DNA of 64,000 bases. Source: an uncultured delta proteobacterium (GTDB taxonomy: Bacteria > Myxococcota > UBA727 > VGSZ01). Shown piece by piece: positions 52,582-62,224 of this stretch; position 1 is the stretch's first letter, and every line of letters starts with the position of its first letter. The notes beneath the pieces were generated by a model. That model ran no database searches. It saw only the letters and a program-made list of their open reading frames with translations, and was not told the origin of the DNA. The stretch spans positions 1 through 64,000 of the forward strand of contig CAVZJB010000005.1 of NCBI GenBank assembly GCA_963775425.1. The letters are read 5' to 3'. The position numbers and the translations under genes were made by a program.

Positions 52582-53322
52582 ATGACCATCCCGCGCCACC
52601 TCCTCGACGCCGCCCTTCGCCACCGCCGTGCCGGGCGGCGCACGGGCCTCATCGTCCGCCACGCCGAGCGCTACCGCGTGCTCGACCTCGCCACCCACGA
52701 GTCCGTGCTCCTGACGGAGCGCGGCCACGAGCAGGCGCGCGAGGCCGGGGCCCAGCTCGCGGGCGCGGCGCTCCCGCTTCAGGTGTGGCACAGCCCGGTG
52801 GAGCGCTGCGCGGAGACGGCGCGCGGGCTCGTCGCAGGCGCTGTCGGGAGCGGCACCCGCGCGGAGCTGCTGCGCGCGGTGCCGGAGCTCTACGCGCCGT
52901 TCATCAAGGACCGCCTGCGCGCGTGGCAGATCGTCACCCGCGTGGGGCCGGGCTTCATCCGCGACTGGTTCGACGGCAAGCTCCCGGCCGACGTCTTCGA
53001 GCCGCGCGCGAGCGCGTCGCAGGGGCAGCTCGACGTCGTCGCGGCGCACATGGAGCAGGCGCCCGAGGGCGCGCTGGTGGTCTTCGTGTCGCACGACTGG
53101 AACCTCGCGCTCGTGCGCGAGGAGGTCCTCGGCATCACCCCGGAGCGCGCCTGGCCTGACTTCCTCGACGGCGTGGTCGTCGCCCTCGACGGAGACGAGA
53201 TCGCCGTCGAGCACGACGGGCGCGTGGGGCTCCGGCCCCGCGGGGCTCCCGGCGTCTCGCGGGGGCTCGCTCCGCGCGCTGCGCAGCGAGCCGAAGCGAG
53301 CGAAGGAGAGGGCGATGCCTGA
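52582..53322 (+). CDS. Histidine phosphatase family protein
   Basis: IVRHAER, LTERG, SP..RC.ETA, VSHD. Confidence 0.85.
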   Translation: MTIPRHLLDAALRHRRAGRRTGLIVRHAERYRVLDLATHESVLLTERGHEQAREAGAQLAGAALPLQVWHSPVERCAETARGLVAGAVGSGTRAELLRAVPELYAPFIKDRLRAWQIVTRVGPGFIRDWFDGKLPADVFEPRASASQGQLDVVAAHMEQAPEGALVVFVSHDWNLALVREEVLGITPERAWPDFLDGVVVALDGDEIAVEHDGRVGLRPRGAPGVSRGLAPRAAQRAEASEGEGDA

Positions 53323-54139
53323 GCTCCCCGAGGTCGAGATCATCCGGCGCCGGCTCCGCGACGGCACCAAGGCGGAGAAGAAGCTCGTCGGCCGGCGCGT
53401 CACCGGCGTCCACGTGCCGTCGCCGCGCGCGCTCAAAGAGCCATCCAAAGCGGCGTTCGCCAAGGCCATCCACGGCGCGCGCTTCATCGACGTCAAGCGG
53501 CGCGCCAAGTACCTGCTCGTCGAGACGGACAAGGGCACGCTGCTCGTGCACCTTCGGCTCACCGGCGATCTGCACGTGGTCCCCGCGTCCGCCGAAGAGC
53601 CGCGCTTCCTGCGGCTCGCCGTGGACCTCGACGACGGCAGCCGCCTCGCCTTCACCGACGGCCGCCACCTCGGCGAGGTCCGCTTCGTCGACGATGCCGC
53701 GGCGCACATGCCCGAGCTCGGCCCCGAGCCTCTCGAGGACGCCTTCACCGTCGACGTCCTCGCCGATGCGCTTCGCTCCTCGCGGACCGTGAAGGGCGTG
53801 CTCATGGATCAGGCCGTCGTCGCCGGCGTCGGCAACATCTACTCCGACGAGGCCTGCTGGTACGCGAAGATCCACCCCGCGCGGAAGGCGCAGAGCCTCG
53901 ACCACGCCGAAGCGCAGCGCTTGCACGACGCCGTCCGGCGCGCGTTGCAAAAGAGCATGGACGACCTCGTCGCCGCCGACCTCGCCATCGACTGGCGCTA
54001 CGCGGACAGGAGCGCCGTCAGCCCCTTCATGGTCTACGACCGCGCCGGCGAGCCCTGCCCGCGCTGCAAGACCGAGCTCGACAAGGCCACCGTCGCGGGC
54101 CGCACGTCGGTGTTCTGCCCGCACTGCCAGAAGAAGTAA
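53315..54139 (+). CDS. mutM: Formamidopyrimidine-DNA glycosylase
   Basis: MPELPEVE, RRAKYL, GVGNIYSDE, C-terminal Zn finger CPRC..CPHCQ. Confidence 0.95.
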   Translation: MPELPEVEIIRRRLRDGTKAEKKLVGRRVTGVHVPSPRALKEPSKAAFAKAIHGARFIDVKRRAKYLLVETDKGTLLVHLRLTGDLHVVPASAEEPRFLRLAVDLDDGSRLAFTDGRHLGEVRFVDDAAAHMPELGPEPLEDAFTVDVLADALRSSRTVKGVLMDQAVVAGVGNIYSDEACWYAKIHPARKAQSLDHAEAQRLHDAVRRALQKSMDDLVAADLAIDWRYADRSAVSPFMVYDRAGEPCPRCKTELDKATVAGRTSVFCPHCQKK

Positions 54140-54251
54140 GGGCCCTCGAATGAACAAGTCGCGCCGCTGGCTTCGTTGCTCGTCGGTCACGTGGCGACGG
54201 CCACGCTCCCGATCGGCCGCGAGGGCGATCGAGTTGTTCATTCGGGGGCCC
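54140..54251. mobile_element. 112-bp MITE with 22-bp terminal inverted repeats and TAA target duplication
   Basis: TAA|GGGCCCTCGAATGAACAAGTCG ... CGAGTTGTTCATTCGGGGGCCC|TAA; 20/22 matches between the ends. Confidence 0.75.
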
Positions 54252-54257
54252 TAAGCG

Positions 54258-55604
54258 TCAGCGGCCGAGGACGTGTCGGAGCGCGGCCTCGACGGTGGCG
54301 TGGCGAAAGGGGTGGTGCAGCGCCGTCAGGCGCGCGGGGAGCACGCGCTGCGACGCGAGGAACGCCTCGTCGGCGGCGGCGCCGAACAGGGCGCGGGCGG
54401 CGACGCGCGGGACCACGAGGCGCGCGGGCCGGCGCAGCACGCGCCCGAGGAGCGCGGTGAAGTCACGGTTTCGCATGGGCTGCTCGCCGACGGCGTTGAC
54501 GACGCCGGAGACGTCGTCGTCGACGGCGGCGCGGAAGAAGACGGCGGCGGCCTCGTCGACGGACAACAGCGGCATCCACTGGCTCCCGTCACCGAGCCGC
54601 GCGCCCGCGCCCGCGCGAAAGACGGGCAGCATGCGCGCGAGCGCGCCGCCGGCGGGCGACAGCACCACGCCGCAGCGGAGCACGGCGGCGCGGATGCCCC
54701 GCTTCTGCGTGGCGAGCGCCGCGCGCTCCCACGCCTCGCAGATCTCGGCGAGCACACCCTCGCCGCTCGCGGACGTCTCCTCGAGCTCCTCGTCGCCACG
54801 GTCGCCGTAGTAGCCGACGGCGGCCGCGGCGATGAAGGCGCGCGGCGGCCGGGCGCGGGCCGTCAAGCCGTCGCGCAAGCGCGCCGTGGCCTGCACGCGG
54901 CTGTCGCGCACGCGCTCGGCGTGGTCCTCGTCGAGGCGTCCGGCGGAGATGGGCTCGCCGGCGAGGTGCACGACGACGTCGAACGGCGGCCCGTCCCACC
55001 TCACGATGCCGGTCGCCGGGTCCCAGCGCGCCTGGCCTGACGCGGCGCTCTTGCGCACCAGCGGGACGACGGTGTGCCCGGCGACCTGAAGGAGCGCCGA
55101 GAGCTCCCGGCCGATGAGCCCGCTCGCGCCGGTGATGCCGACGACGAGCGGCTCGTGGGGGAACGCCTGCAGGAGGGAGAGGTCGAGGGCGGTGGTGGCG
55201 TGGCGGTGCTCGAAGATGGGCGCGAGCCGGCGCTCCACGAACGACGCGCGCACGCCGCCGGGCAGCTCGTAGGTGACGCGGTCGACGAGGCGGGTGCGGC
55301 CGGCGCCGGCGTCCTCGAAGCGGTGCTCGTGGCGCCAGCTCGCAAACGGTCCGTCCTTCATGACGTCGACGAAGCCGCGCCCGGGCTCCACGTCATGGTG
55401 CACCGCGATCCACCGGGGCCACAGCGGGCCGACCGACATCTCGAACGACGCCTCCGCGCCGTCCTCGAGCGCCGTCGCCTCGACGACGTTGCGCACGCGA
55501 ACGAAGGGCGGCGTCAGCCGGCGCAGCGCGCCCCGGCGCGCGTGGTACGAAAAGAGCGCGTCGGCGGTGCAGGCGAGCTCGCTGGTTTTTTCGAAGACGG
55601 GCAT
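54258..55604 (-). CDS. SRPBCC domain + TIGR01777-family NAD-dependent epimerase
   Basis: GPFASWRHEHRF; ITGASGLIG, HLAGEPI, GYYG, GDGSQWM, SQRVLP. Confidence 0.9.
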   Translation of the reverse strand: MPVFEKTSELACTADALFSYHARRGALRRLTPPFVRVRNVVEATALEDGAEASFEMSVGPLWPRWIAVHHDVEPGRGFVDVMKDGPFASWRHEHRFEDAGAGRTRLVDRVTYELPGGVRASFVERRLAPIFEHRHATTALDLSLLQAFPHEPLVVGITGASGLIGRELSALLQVAGHTVVPLVRKSAASGQARWDPATGIVRWDGPPFDVVVHLAGEPISAGRLDEDHAERVRDSRVQATARLRDGLTARARPPRAFIAAAAVGYYGDRGDEELEETSASGEGVLAEICEAWERAALATQKRGIRAAVLRCGVVLSPAGGALARMLPVFRAGAGARLGDGSQWMPLLSVDEAAAVFFRAAVDDDVSGVVNAVGEQPMRNRDFTALLGRVLRRPARLVVPRVAARALFGAAADEAFLASQRVLPARLTALHHPFRHATVEAALRHVLGR

Positions 55605-55620
55605 GTGCCCCCCTGGTGGT

Positions 55621-55797
55621 TCAGCCGGCGCCCTCGACGCGGACCGAAGGTACGCCGTCCTCGTCGCGGGTCACGGTGAGCTGCCACGGGTGGCAGCACA
55701 CCTCGCAGTCCTGCACGAACGACCCCTCGGTGTCGGGATCGATGTCGATCTCGACGACCTCGAAGCAGTACGGGCACTGCACGCTGACGACGTCCAT
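55621..55797 (-). CDS. CPXCG-motif small Cys-rich protein
   Basis: CPYC...QDCEVCCHP. Confidence 0.88.
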   Translation of the reverse strand: MDVVSVQCPYCFEVVEIDIDPDTEGSFVQDCEVCCHPWQLTVTRDEDGVPSVRVEGAG

Positions 55798-55807
55798 GCC
55801 GACCATC

Positions 55808-57109
55808 CTAGCGTTCTGCGAGGGCCGCGACCCACTCGACGTGCGATGTCCGCGGGAACGCGTCGATGGGCACCAGGCTTTCGAGCGCGTAGCCGCGTCG
55901 GACCGCGGCGGCCAGGTCGCGGGCGCCGGTGGCGGGGTCGCAGGACACGAGCACGAGGCGCCCGGGCCGGGCGCGCTCGAGCAGCGCGTCGAAGCCGGGG
56001 ATGCCGGTCCGGGGCGGGTCCGCCACCAGGAGGTCGACGTCCCCGCACGGGAGCCCCGCGTCGATGCCGGCGCGGCGCACCCGGGCGCGGGCCGAAAACG
56101 CCGAGACGTTGTCCTCGAGGAAGCGGACGGCGCGCGGTGCGCCTTCGACCGCGTCGACGACGGCGCCGGCGGCCAACAGCGGCAGGGTGAGGTGGCCGGC
56201 GCCCGCGAACAGCTCGAGGACCCGCTTGTCCTCGACGGCCCCGCAGCCCGCGACGACGGCGTCGCGGATGGCGGCGCCTCCGAAGCGCGTGGCCTGCGTG
56301 AACACCGCGGCGTCGCTGTGGGCCAAAAACGCCCCGGCGGTGACCTCCCCGACCAGCCCGGGGTCTCCAAAGCGCGCGTCGACGGCGGCGGGCGGCGGCG
56401 CGCGCGGGTGGCCCGGAGCCTCGACCACGGCGCCGTCGACCAGGCCCGCGTCGACGAGGAAGCGGGCGGCGTCCGCGCCGTCGACGGCCGCGCTCACCCG
56501 GCCGCGCGCGTCGCACGCGAGGCGGACGGCGCCGTCGGGCACCCGGCCGTGGGCGCACATCCGGGCGAGCGCGCCTTCGAGCGCCGGGTGCAGGGCGGGG
56601 CAGCGCGCGACCGGGACGCGCGCGTGGCTCTCGCGGGCGGAGAACGTCGGCGCGCCATCGACGATGACGAAGCGGGCGCGGCGGCGGGCGCCGTCCTGGC
56701 TCCCGGGCGCCGGCGCGAGGAGCGGCGCGACGGCGGCGTCGACGACGGCGGCGTCGAGCTTCCCCACGCGCACGAGCGCGTCCCGCACGATGCCGGACTT
56801 GGCCGCGCGCTGCGCCGCCGGGGAGAAGTCGAGCAGGTCGCAACCGCCGCAAGCCGGGCGCTCCCCGGGCGCGCTCGAGGCGTGAAGGGGGCAGTCGGGC
56901 CTCACCCGCTCGGGCGACGCCTCGAGCACCTCGAGCACCCGCGCGTGGCGCACGCGCTTGTGCCGCCGCTCGACGCGGGCGCGCACCCGCTCGCCGGGCA
57001 GCGCGCCGCGCACGAAGACGACGCCGTCGCCGTCGCGCACGAGGCCCTCGCCGCCCGGAACGATGGCCTGCACCACGCCCACGATCTCCGCGCCTTCGAC
57101 GTCCGCCAC
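55808..57109 (-). CDS. TRAM-domain RNA m5U methyltransferase (RlmD/TrmA class)
   Basis: VFVRGALPGE, C..CGGC Fe-S motif, FTQ, LELFAGAG, DPPRTG, VSCDP, FPRTSHVE. Confidence 0.9.
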   Translation of the reverse strand: MADVEGAEIVGVVQAIVPGGEGLVRDGDGVVFVRGALPGERVRARVERRHKRVRHARVLEVLEASPERVRPDCPLHASSAPGERPACGGCDLLDFSPAAQRAAKSGIVRDALVRVGKLDAAVVDAAVAPLLAPAPGSQDGARRRARFVIVDGAPTFSARESHARVPVARCPALHPALEGALARMCAHGRVPDGAVRLACDARGRVSAAVDGADAARFLVDAGLVDGAVVEAPGHPRAPPPAAVDARFGDPGLVGEVTAGAFLAHSDAAVFTQATRFGGAAIRDAVVAGCGAVEDKRVLELFAGAGHLTLPLLAAGAVVDAVEGAPRAVRFLEDNVSAFSARARVRRAGIDAGLPCGDVDLLVADPPRTGIPGFDALLERARPGRLVLVSCDPATGARDLAAAVRRGYALESLVPIDAFPRTSHVEWVAALAER

Positions 57110-57179
57110 GCCCGGACCCTACCAACGCGCCGTCGCGTCGTCGGCCTCATCGACGCGCGAGGTCATCGCTTGGGCGCGC

Positions 57180-58241
57180 TCAGGACAGGGCCCGCTCGAC
57201 GCCGAGCACGAGCACCTCGAGCTCGAAGCGCGCGTCCTCGGGCAGGGCGCCGTCGGCGCCGCAGCGCGCGCGCAAGCTTCGGGCGAGGGCGAGGCCCGCG
57301 CCGGCGTCGCCGTCGCCGTCGCCGTCGGGGGAGACGCCGGCGACCTCTTCGAGCAAGGCGATGAGCGAGTCGAGCGTGGACACGTCGCTGCGGGCGTCGC
57401 GGAACACGAACGCGCCCTCGTCGCGCGCGCAGGTGTCGCGGACGAACGCCTCGAGCCAACGCGCGGTGGCGGCCATCTTTTCGTAGTCGAGGTGGTCGGG
57501 CGTGTCGTCGACGGTGTGGTAGCGGCGGGAGCGCCCGTTGGTGAGGAACAGGAACGGGCGCCGCCGATCCCAGAACGCGGCGTAGTCGCTGAGCGGCGGC
57601 ACGATGGTGGCGTCGGCGGGCCGCACGACGACGCCGTCGACGGCGTCGAGCGCGTCCAGGCGCGCGGCGGTGCCGGCGCTCCGCTCCGCGCCGAGCGCGA
57701 ACAGGGTCTGCGCGACGCCGGCGGGGACGGCGGCGCCTTCGCCGAGCGCGTGGCCGACGAGGTCCATGCACACCATGAGGTCGATGCGCTCGAGGGGCGC
57801 GACCGGGGCCTGCGCGAAGCGCATCGAGCCCATGGCGCCGGTCATGAAGTAGGGCGGCTCCTCGGCGTCGAACGCGGCGATGATGACGCCGCGCCCCTCG
57901 GCGCGCCGCGCTGCGAGCCCGCGCGCGACGTCGACGAGGACGGCGACGGCGGCGGCGTTGTCGTCGGCGCCGCGATAGACGCCGGAGCGGTCCTTGCCGA
58001 GGTGATCGTAGTGCGCGGCGACGAGCACCCAGCGGTCGACGTCGCCGGGGAGCGTGGCGAGCACATTGCTGCCGTTGCACGCGGGCACCGCCTGCTCGAA
58101 CGGGTCGAGGCCGGCGTCGCGCAGGGCGGACACGACGATCCGCCTGGCGGCGCGGCCGCCCTCGGTGCCGGTGGCGCGGCCGGCGCAGGCGTCGGAGCAG
58201 AGATCGTCGACGAGGCGGCGCATCGTGTCCGGGTGTACCAC
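57180..58241 (-). CDS. M28 family peptidase
   Basis: AAHYDH, GADDNAA, FDAEE, SDY, YHTVDD; start may be 58223. Confidence 0.9.
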   Translation of the reverse strand: MVHPDTMRRLVDDLCSDACAGRATGTEGGRAARRIVVSALRDAGLDPFEQAVPACNGSNVLATLPGDVDRWVLVAAHYDHLGKDRSGVYRGADDNAAAVAVLVDVARGLAARRAEGRGVIIAAFDAEEPPYFMTGAMGSMRFAQAPVAPLERIDLMVCMDLVGHALGEGAAVPAGVAQTLFALGAERSAGTAARLDALDAVDGVVVRPADATIVPPLSDYAAFWDRRRPFLFLTNGRSRRYHTVDDTPDHLDYEKMAATARWLEAFVRDTCARDEGAFVFRDARSDVSTLDSLIALLEEVAGVSPDGDGDGDAGAGLALARSLRARCGADGALPEDARFELEVLVLGVERALS

Positions 58242-58307
58242 CGGCCGCGGCCTCGTGGCCCGGCGCAGGCGCAGGCGTCGAGGTCTACGGCGAGGCGGTC
58301 CGGGCGC

Positions 58308-58673
58308 TCACGGCGCCACGTGCAGCTCGTTCATGACCTTCGCGACGCCCGGCGTTCCCCGGGCGACGCTCTCGGAGATGCGCACCTCGTCGTCGTCGGC
58401 GACCTCGCCGTGCAACGTGATGTCGCGCGCCTCCCGCTCGACCCGGATGCGCCCGGCGTCGATGCCCTCCGCGGCGAGCCGCGTGAGCACGGCCTCGACG
58501 AGCTCGTCTTCGGGCAGCGGCGTTGCGCCCAGGGCGATGTCGTCGGGGTCGGGGTGGTGGTTGACGATGTCGACGCCGCGCCCGGGGCCGTCGCCGAAGC
58601 TCGGCCTGCCGAAGCTGCCGGTGTCGCCGCTTCCGACGGCGTCGCCGGTGTCTTCGATTCTTCCGTATGTCAT
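58308..58673 (-). CDS. BON domain protein
   Basis: AGGAGG RBS; D..L...V..RL..I.V...ITLHGEV..A..TPGVAKVMNEL. Confidence 0.85.
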   Translation of the reverse strand: MTYGRIEDTGDAVGSGDTGSFGRPSFGDGPGRGVDIVNHHPDPDDIALGATPLPEDELVEAVLTRLAAEGIDAGRIRVEREARDITLHGEVADDDEVRISESVARGTPGVAKVMNELHVAP

Positions 58674-58690
58674 GGGGGCCTCCTGCCCGA

Positions 58691-59233
58691 TCAGGTCGTC
58701 GGGTCGATGTTCCTGCGGGCGCCGTAGATTCCGCCGACCACGGCTGCGATCGTGGCGAAGAGGGCGGCGACGGCGATGCCGGCGACGACGCCGGCGCCGC
58801 TGCCGAGCGCGGCGGCGTCGCCCAGCTCGAGGGAGCGAAGCGGGGTCAGCCAGTCCCAAACGAGCGCGAGCATGAGGTCCAGCGCCAGCGAGGCGACGGC
58901 GAACGCGGCGAAGGCGTGGCCGATGCCGACCGGGATGCGCGCAGACTTCGAGCTCACGGCGGCGACGAACCCGCCGAGCAGCGAGCTCAACATCCACGCG
59001 ACGCCCGCGAGGACGGCGACGTCGAACGCCGAAGCGGCAACGGGCTCCTGGCGGCGCGCGGGCGCGGTCAAAGCGAGCACGAGGGGCATCAACACCAGGA
59101 ACGTCGACGCCGCGAGCGCAGCGCCGCCGAGCACGGCGCCGACGCGCACGGGGGAGGTGGGTCGATGGCGCGCGCCCCGGGCGAGCGACGGCGCGCGCAC
59201 AAAAATTCGAGGGGCGATGGTGGGGTGGCTCAT
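58691..59233 (-). CDS. Hypothetical membrane protein (about 4 TM)
   Basis: Hydrophobic helices; RVGAVLGG near the N-terminus. Confidence 0.7.
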   Translation of the reverse strand: MSHPTIAPRIFVRAPSLARGARHRPTSPVRVGAVLGGAALAASTFLVLMPLVLALTAPARRQEPVAASAFDVAVLAGVAWMLSSLLGGFVAAVSSKSARIPVGIGHAFAAFAVASLALDLMLALVWDWLTPLRSLELGDAAALGSGAGVVAGIAVAALFATIAAVVGGIYGARRNIDPTT

Positions 59234-59436
59234 GCCCGATCGAACAGCGAGACCCGTGCCACCCGCGGGCGGCGGGGCCCGGCGGCGCCCCAGGCCCGCC
59301 GCGCGCCGTCGGGCCGCGCGCCGTCGCCGCTGTGGGGGCAGGTAGGGCGACGGGGGCTGGGTGACGTCGTCAACGGGATCGTGCGGGAGCGCGCGGTGCG
59401 GGTGGTCAATGCGCACGGCCGCCGGCCGGCTCGCGG

Positions 59437-60822
59437 TTGGTACGCATCTTGTTGGAAGATCGATCCGTGCTGCCCGCCGCCGTCCCCGGAACGATCACGC
59501 CGAACGCAAAGGCGTGCGGCGCGCCCCGGTGGCGCGCGCGTTCGTCGTGGGGCGCGCCGCTGCGGCGCGCGCTCCCCGTCGTGGTCGCGGCGCCGTTCAT
59601 CGCGCTCGCGAGCGCCTGCCCGGATCCGCCGCCGCCCTGCGACGCGAGCGTCGCCCTCGCCGGCGCGCCCGACGTGCTCCCGCTCCCCGAGGGCGGCCGC
59701 GCCTTCCTCGCGCCGACGCAGGTCGCCGGCATCGACGTCGCGCTCGCCGGCCTCGCCCCCGGCTTCAGCGTGCGCGTCGACGACGACGGCACCTTCGTGA
59801 TCGGCGCGCCCTACGGCGTCGTCGGCAACGTCCCCGTGCGGCTCGAGGCCGCGTGTCGCGACGCCGGCCACGACGCTGCGTCGCAGCCCTTGACGCTCGA
59901 GGTGCGTGCGCCGCGCGTCTACACCGCCGGCGACGAGAGCGGGCCCGCCGCTCGCTCGCTCGCCGCCGCCGCCGTCGTCGGCGACACGCTCCTGGTGTCG
60001 GGCGGCACCGCCGGCGGCGCGCCCGTCGACGACGTGTGGACGCTCGATCTCGAGGGCGGCCGCTGGCAGCGCCTCGACGTCGCCGCGCCGCCGAGCCCCG
60101 CGCGCGCCGCCCCCATCGACGACCGCCACGCGCTGTTCCTCTCCGGCGACGGCCGCACCTTCGTGCTCGACACGTCGGCGCCGTCGCTCGTGGCGCTCAG
60201 CGACGACGACGTCCGCCCCGCGAGCGTCGGGCACGGCGCCTTCGCCTTCGCCGGCGGCGCGTTCGTCAGCGTCTGCGGCGACGACGCGGCCGCCTCCTGC
60301 GGCGTCGTCTCGGTGAGCGTCGACGTCGCCGGCGCGCGCGCGACGTGGACCACGGAGCTGCCCACGGGCTTCGCGCCGGCCCGCCGCTCCGGCGCCGCCT
60401 GGGGGGTCGACGACGAGGGCGCGCGCATGGTGCTCTTCGGTGGCGACCGTGACGACGGCGCGGGCCACGACAGTTGGTCCCTCGACGACACCGGCGTCGG
60501 CAGCGGCAGCGTCACCTTCGCCCACCTCGCCACCAAGGGCGAAGCCCCTCCCGGGCGCGTCGACGCGTGCGGCGTCGTCGACCCCGTCGGCCGCCGCTTC
60601 TTCGTCTTTGGCGGGACCGGCGACGACGGCGAGGTGGTGGCGCAGCCCTGGGTCCTCGACCTCAACCGCGACGACGCCAAGTGGCGCCCGGTGACCCTCG
60701 CCGGCCTCCCGGCGCGCGCCGGCTGCACCGCCGTCTACGACGCCGCCCGCGCCCGCATCCTCGTCGGCTTCGGCGACGACGGCTCCCGCGAGCACGGCGA
60801 CGTCACCGCCATCGATCTGTAG
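59437..60822 (+). CDS. Kelch-repeat lipoprotein
   Basis: LASAC lipobox; repeated LFGG..D.W.L motifs; true start probably downstream of 59437. Confidence 0.75.
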   Translation: MVRILLEDRSVLPAAVPGTITPNAKACGAPRWRARSSWGAPLRRALPVVVAAPFIALASACPDPPPPCDASVALAGAPDVLPLPEGGRAFLAPTQVAGIDVALAGLAPGFSVRVDDDGTFVIGAPYGVVGNVPVRLEAACRDAGHDAASQPLTLEVRAPRVYTAGDESGPAARSLAAAAVVGDTLLVSGGTAGGAPVDDVWTLDLEGGRWQRLDVAAPPSPARAAPIDDRHALFLSGDGRTFVLDTSAPSLVALSDDDVRPASVGHGAFAFAGGAFVSVCGDDAAASCGVVSVSVDVAGARATWTTELPTGFAPARRSGAAWGVDDEGARMVLFGGDRDDGAGHDSWSLDDTGVGSGSVTFAHLATKGEAPPGRVDACGVVDPVGRRFFVFGGTGDDGEVVAQPWVLDLNRDDAKWRPVTLAGLPARAGCTAVYDAARARILVGFGDDGSREHGDVTAIDL

Positions 60823-60835
60823 CTGTGCGGCTTCG

Positions 60836-61306
60836 TCACGCGCGGACGGGGTCGCCGATCTTCACGACGCCGCCGGACACCACGCGCGCCCGCAGCCCTC
60901 CCCGGTGCACGAGGGCCTCACACAGGCGCTCGGATCCGGTGAGCTTGGCGAGGTGGCCGCACGGCTCGCACAGCCTGAGGCCCTCGAGCTCGACGTCACC
61001 GATGAAGAAGCGCTTGCCGACGAGGTGGTTCAGCGCCACGCCCACGGTGACGATGTTCCTGCGGGCGGCGCCGCGGGCGACGCGGACGCCGTAGTCGCGG
61101 CGGGCGGCGACGAGCGCCTCGTCCTCGATGAGCGTCACCTCGCGGTCGGGGCCGTTCTTCTTCGAGAACGTGCCCTTCGCCTTGGCGTAGCGGTCGCCGA
61201 GGACGCCCTTGCCGGCCTCGAGGCCGACCCTCTTGCGCGACGCCATGGGCGCTGCGGCGACGGCGGCGACGTGCAACGACACGACCTGCGGTAGTTTCGC
61301 CTTCAT
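60836..61306 (-). CDS. MOSC domain protein
   Basis: GVLGDRY, REVTLI, RRNIVT.GV.LN, CEPC, GGLRARV. Confidence 0.9.
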   Translation of the reverse strand: MKAKLPQVVSLHVAAVAAAPMASRKRVGLEAGKGVLGDRYAKAKGTFSKKNGPDREVTLIEDEALVAARRDYGVRVARGAARRNIVTVGVALNHLVGKRFFIGDVELEGLRLCEPCGHLAKLTGSERLCEALVHRGGLRARVVSGGVVKIGDPVRA

Positions 61307-62168
61307 GGCTTTCGGTTTCCGTCCCGACGGCGACCGCGTCAAGGGCCTCAGCCCCACGCACGCGATCATGCCGTTCCTCTTTCGCACGCGCACCGAGTCA
61401 CAGGTCTTCTTCGAGCTCCTCGTCGACGGCGCGCCGGCAAAGGCGTTCCTCGCGCGCTTCCGCGAAGACAGCGGCGTCCACGCCACGCTGATGCACCTGG
61501 TGCTCGGCGCCGCCACGCGCGTCCTTCACGCGCGTCCGCGGCTCAACCGCTTCACCATGAGCGGCCGGATCTACCAGCGCCGCGGCATCTGGATGTCGTT
61601 TTCGGCGAAGACCGAGAAGAGCGACGAGGGCGCCGTGGTCGCGCTCAAGCGGCGCTTCGAGCCGGGCTGGGGCTTGCAGAAGATCGTCGACGTCACAAGC
61701 GGTGTGGTCGGCGACGCGCGTTCAGGGAAGAAGGATCAGGCCGACAAGGAGCTGGCGCTCGCGTTGGCCTTGCCTGCGTTCCTCACGGCGTTCTTCGTGT
61801 GGCTTTTGCGCACCGCCGACAAATACGGCCTGATGCCGCGCTCGATGATCGACGGCGATCCGCTCTACGCGTCGCTGTTCGTGGCCAACCTCGGCAGCAT
61901 CGGCATGGACGCGCCGTTTCACCACCTCTACGAGTGGGGCAACATCCCGCTGTTTTGCGCCATCGGCCGGGAGCGCGACGACGGCAAGGTGCCGCTGCGC
62001 TTCACCTTCGACGAGCGCGTCGAGGACGGGCTGTACTGCCTGAAGGCGCTCGACATGCTGAAGGAGATCCTCGAGGACCCGGCGGCCCACTTCGCCGCGG
62101 CGTCGTCGCCGGAGCCCGCCTCGGCCGAGAACACCGATCCGTTGCCGGGAGCGTTGGAACGCCGCTGA
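61305..62168 (+). CDS. Stand-alone 2-oxoacid dehydrogenase E2-like acyltransferase domain protein
   Basis: RPRLNRF, FVANLGSIG, FTFDERVEDG (variant of DHRxxDG). Confidence 0.8.
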   Translation: MAFGFRPDGDRVKGLSPTHAIMPFLFRTRTESQVFFELLVDGAPAKAFLARFREDSGVHATLMHLVLGAATRVLHARPRLNRFTMSGRIYQRRGIWMSFSAKTEKSDEGAVVALKRRFEPGWGLQKIVDVTSGVVGDARSGKKDQADKELALALALPAFLTAFFVWLLRTADKYGLMPRSMIDGDPLYASLFVANLGSIGMDAPFHHLYEWGNIPLFCAIGRERDDGKVPLRFTFDERVEDGLYCLKALDMLKEILEDPAAHFAAASSPEPASAENTDPLPGALERR

Positions 62169-62224
62169 GCGTGACGGGCGAGCGGGGAGCTCGCCGCTCC
62201 CGCTGTTTCAACCTGTTCGGCGTT

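Noticed and set aside
59298-59327. Tandem GCCGCGCGCCGTCG repeat in an intergenic region
   Set aside because: Almost pure G/C and easily produced by chance in this composition
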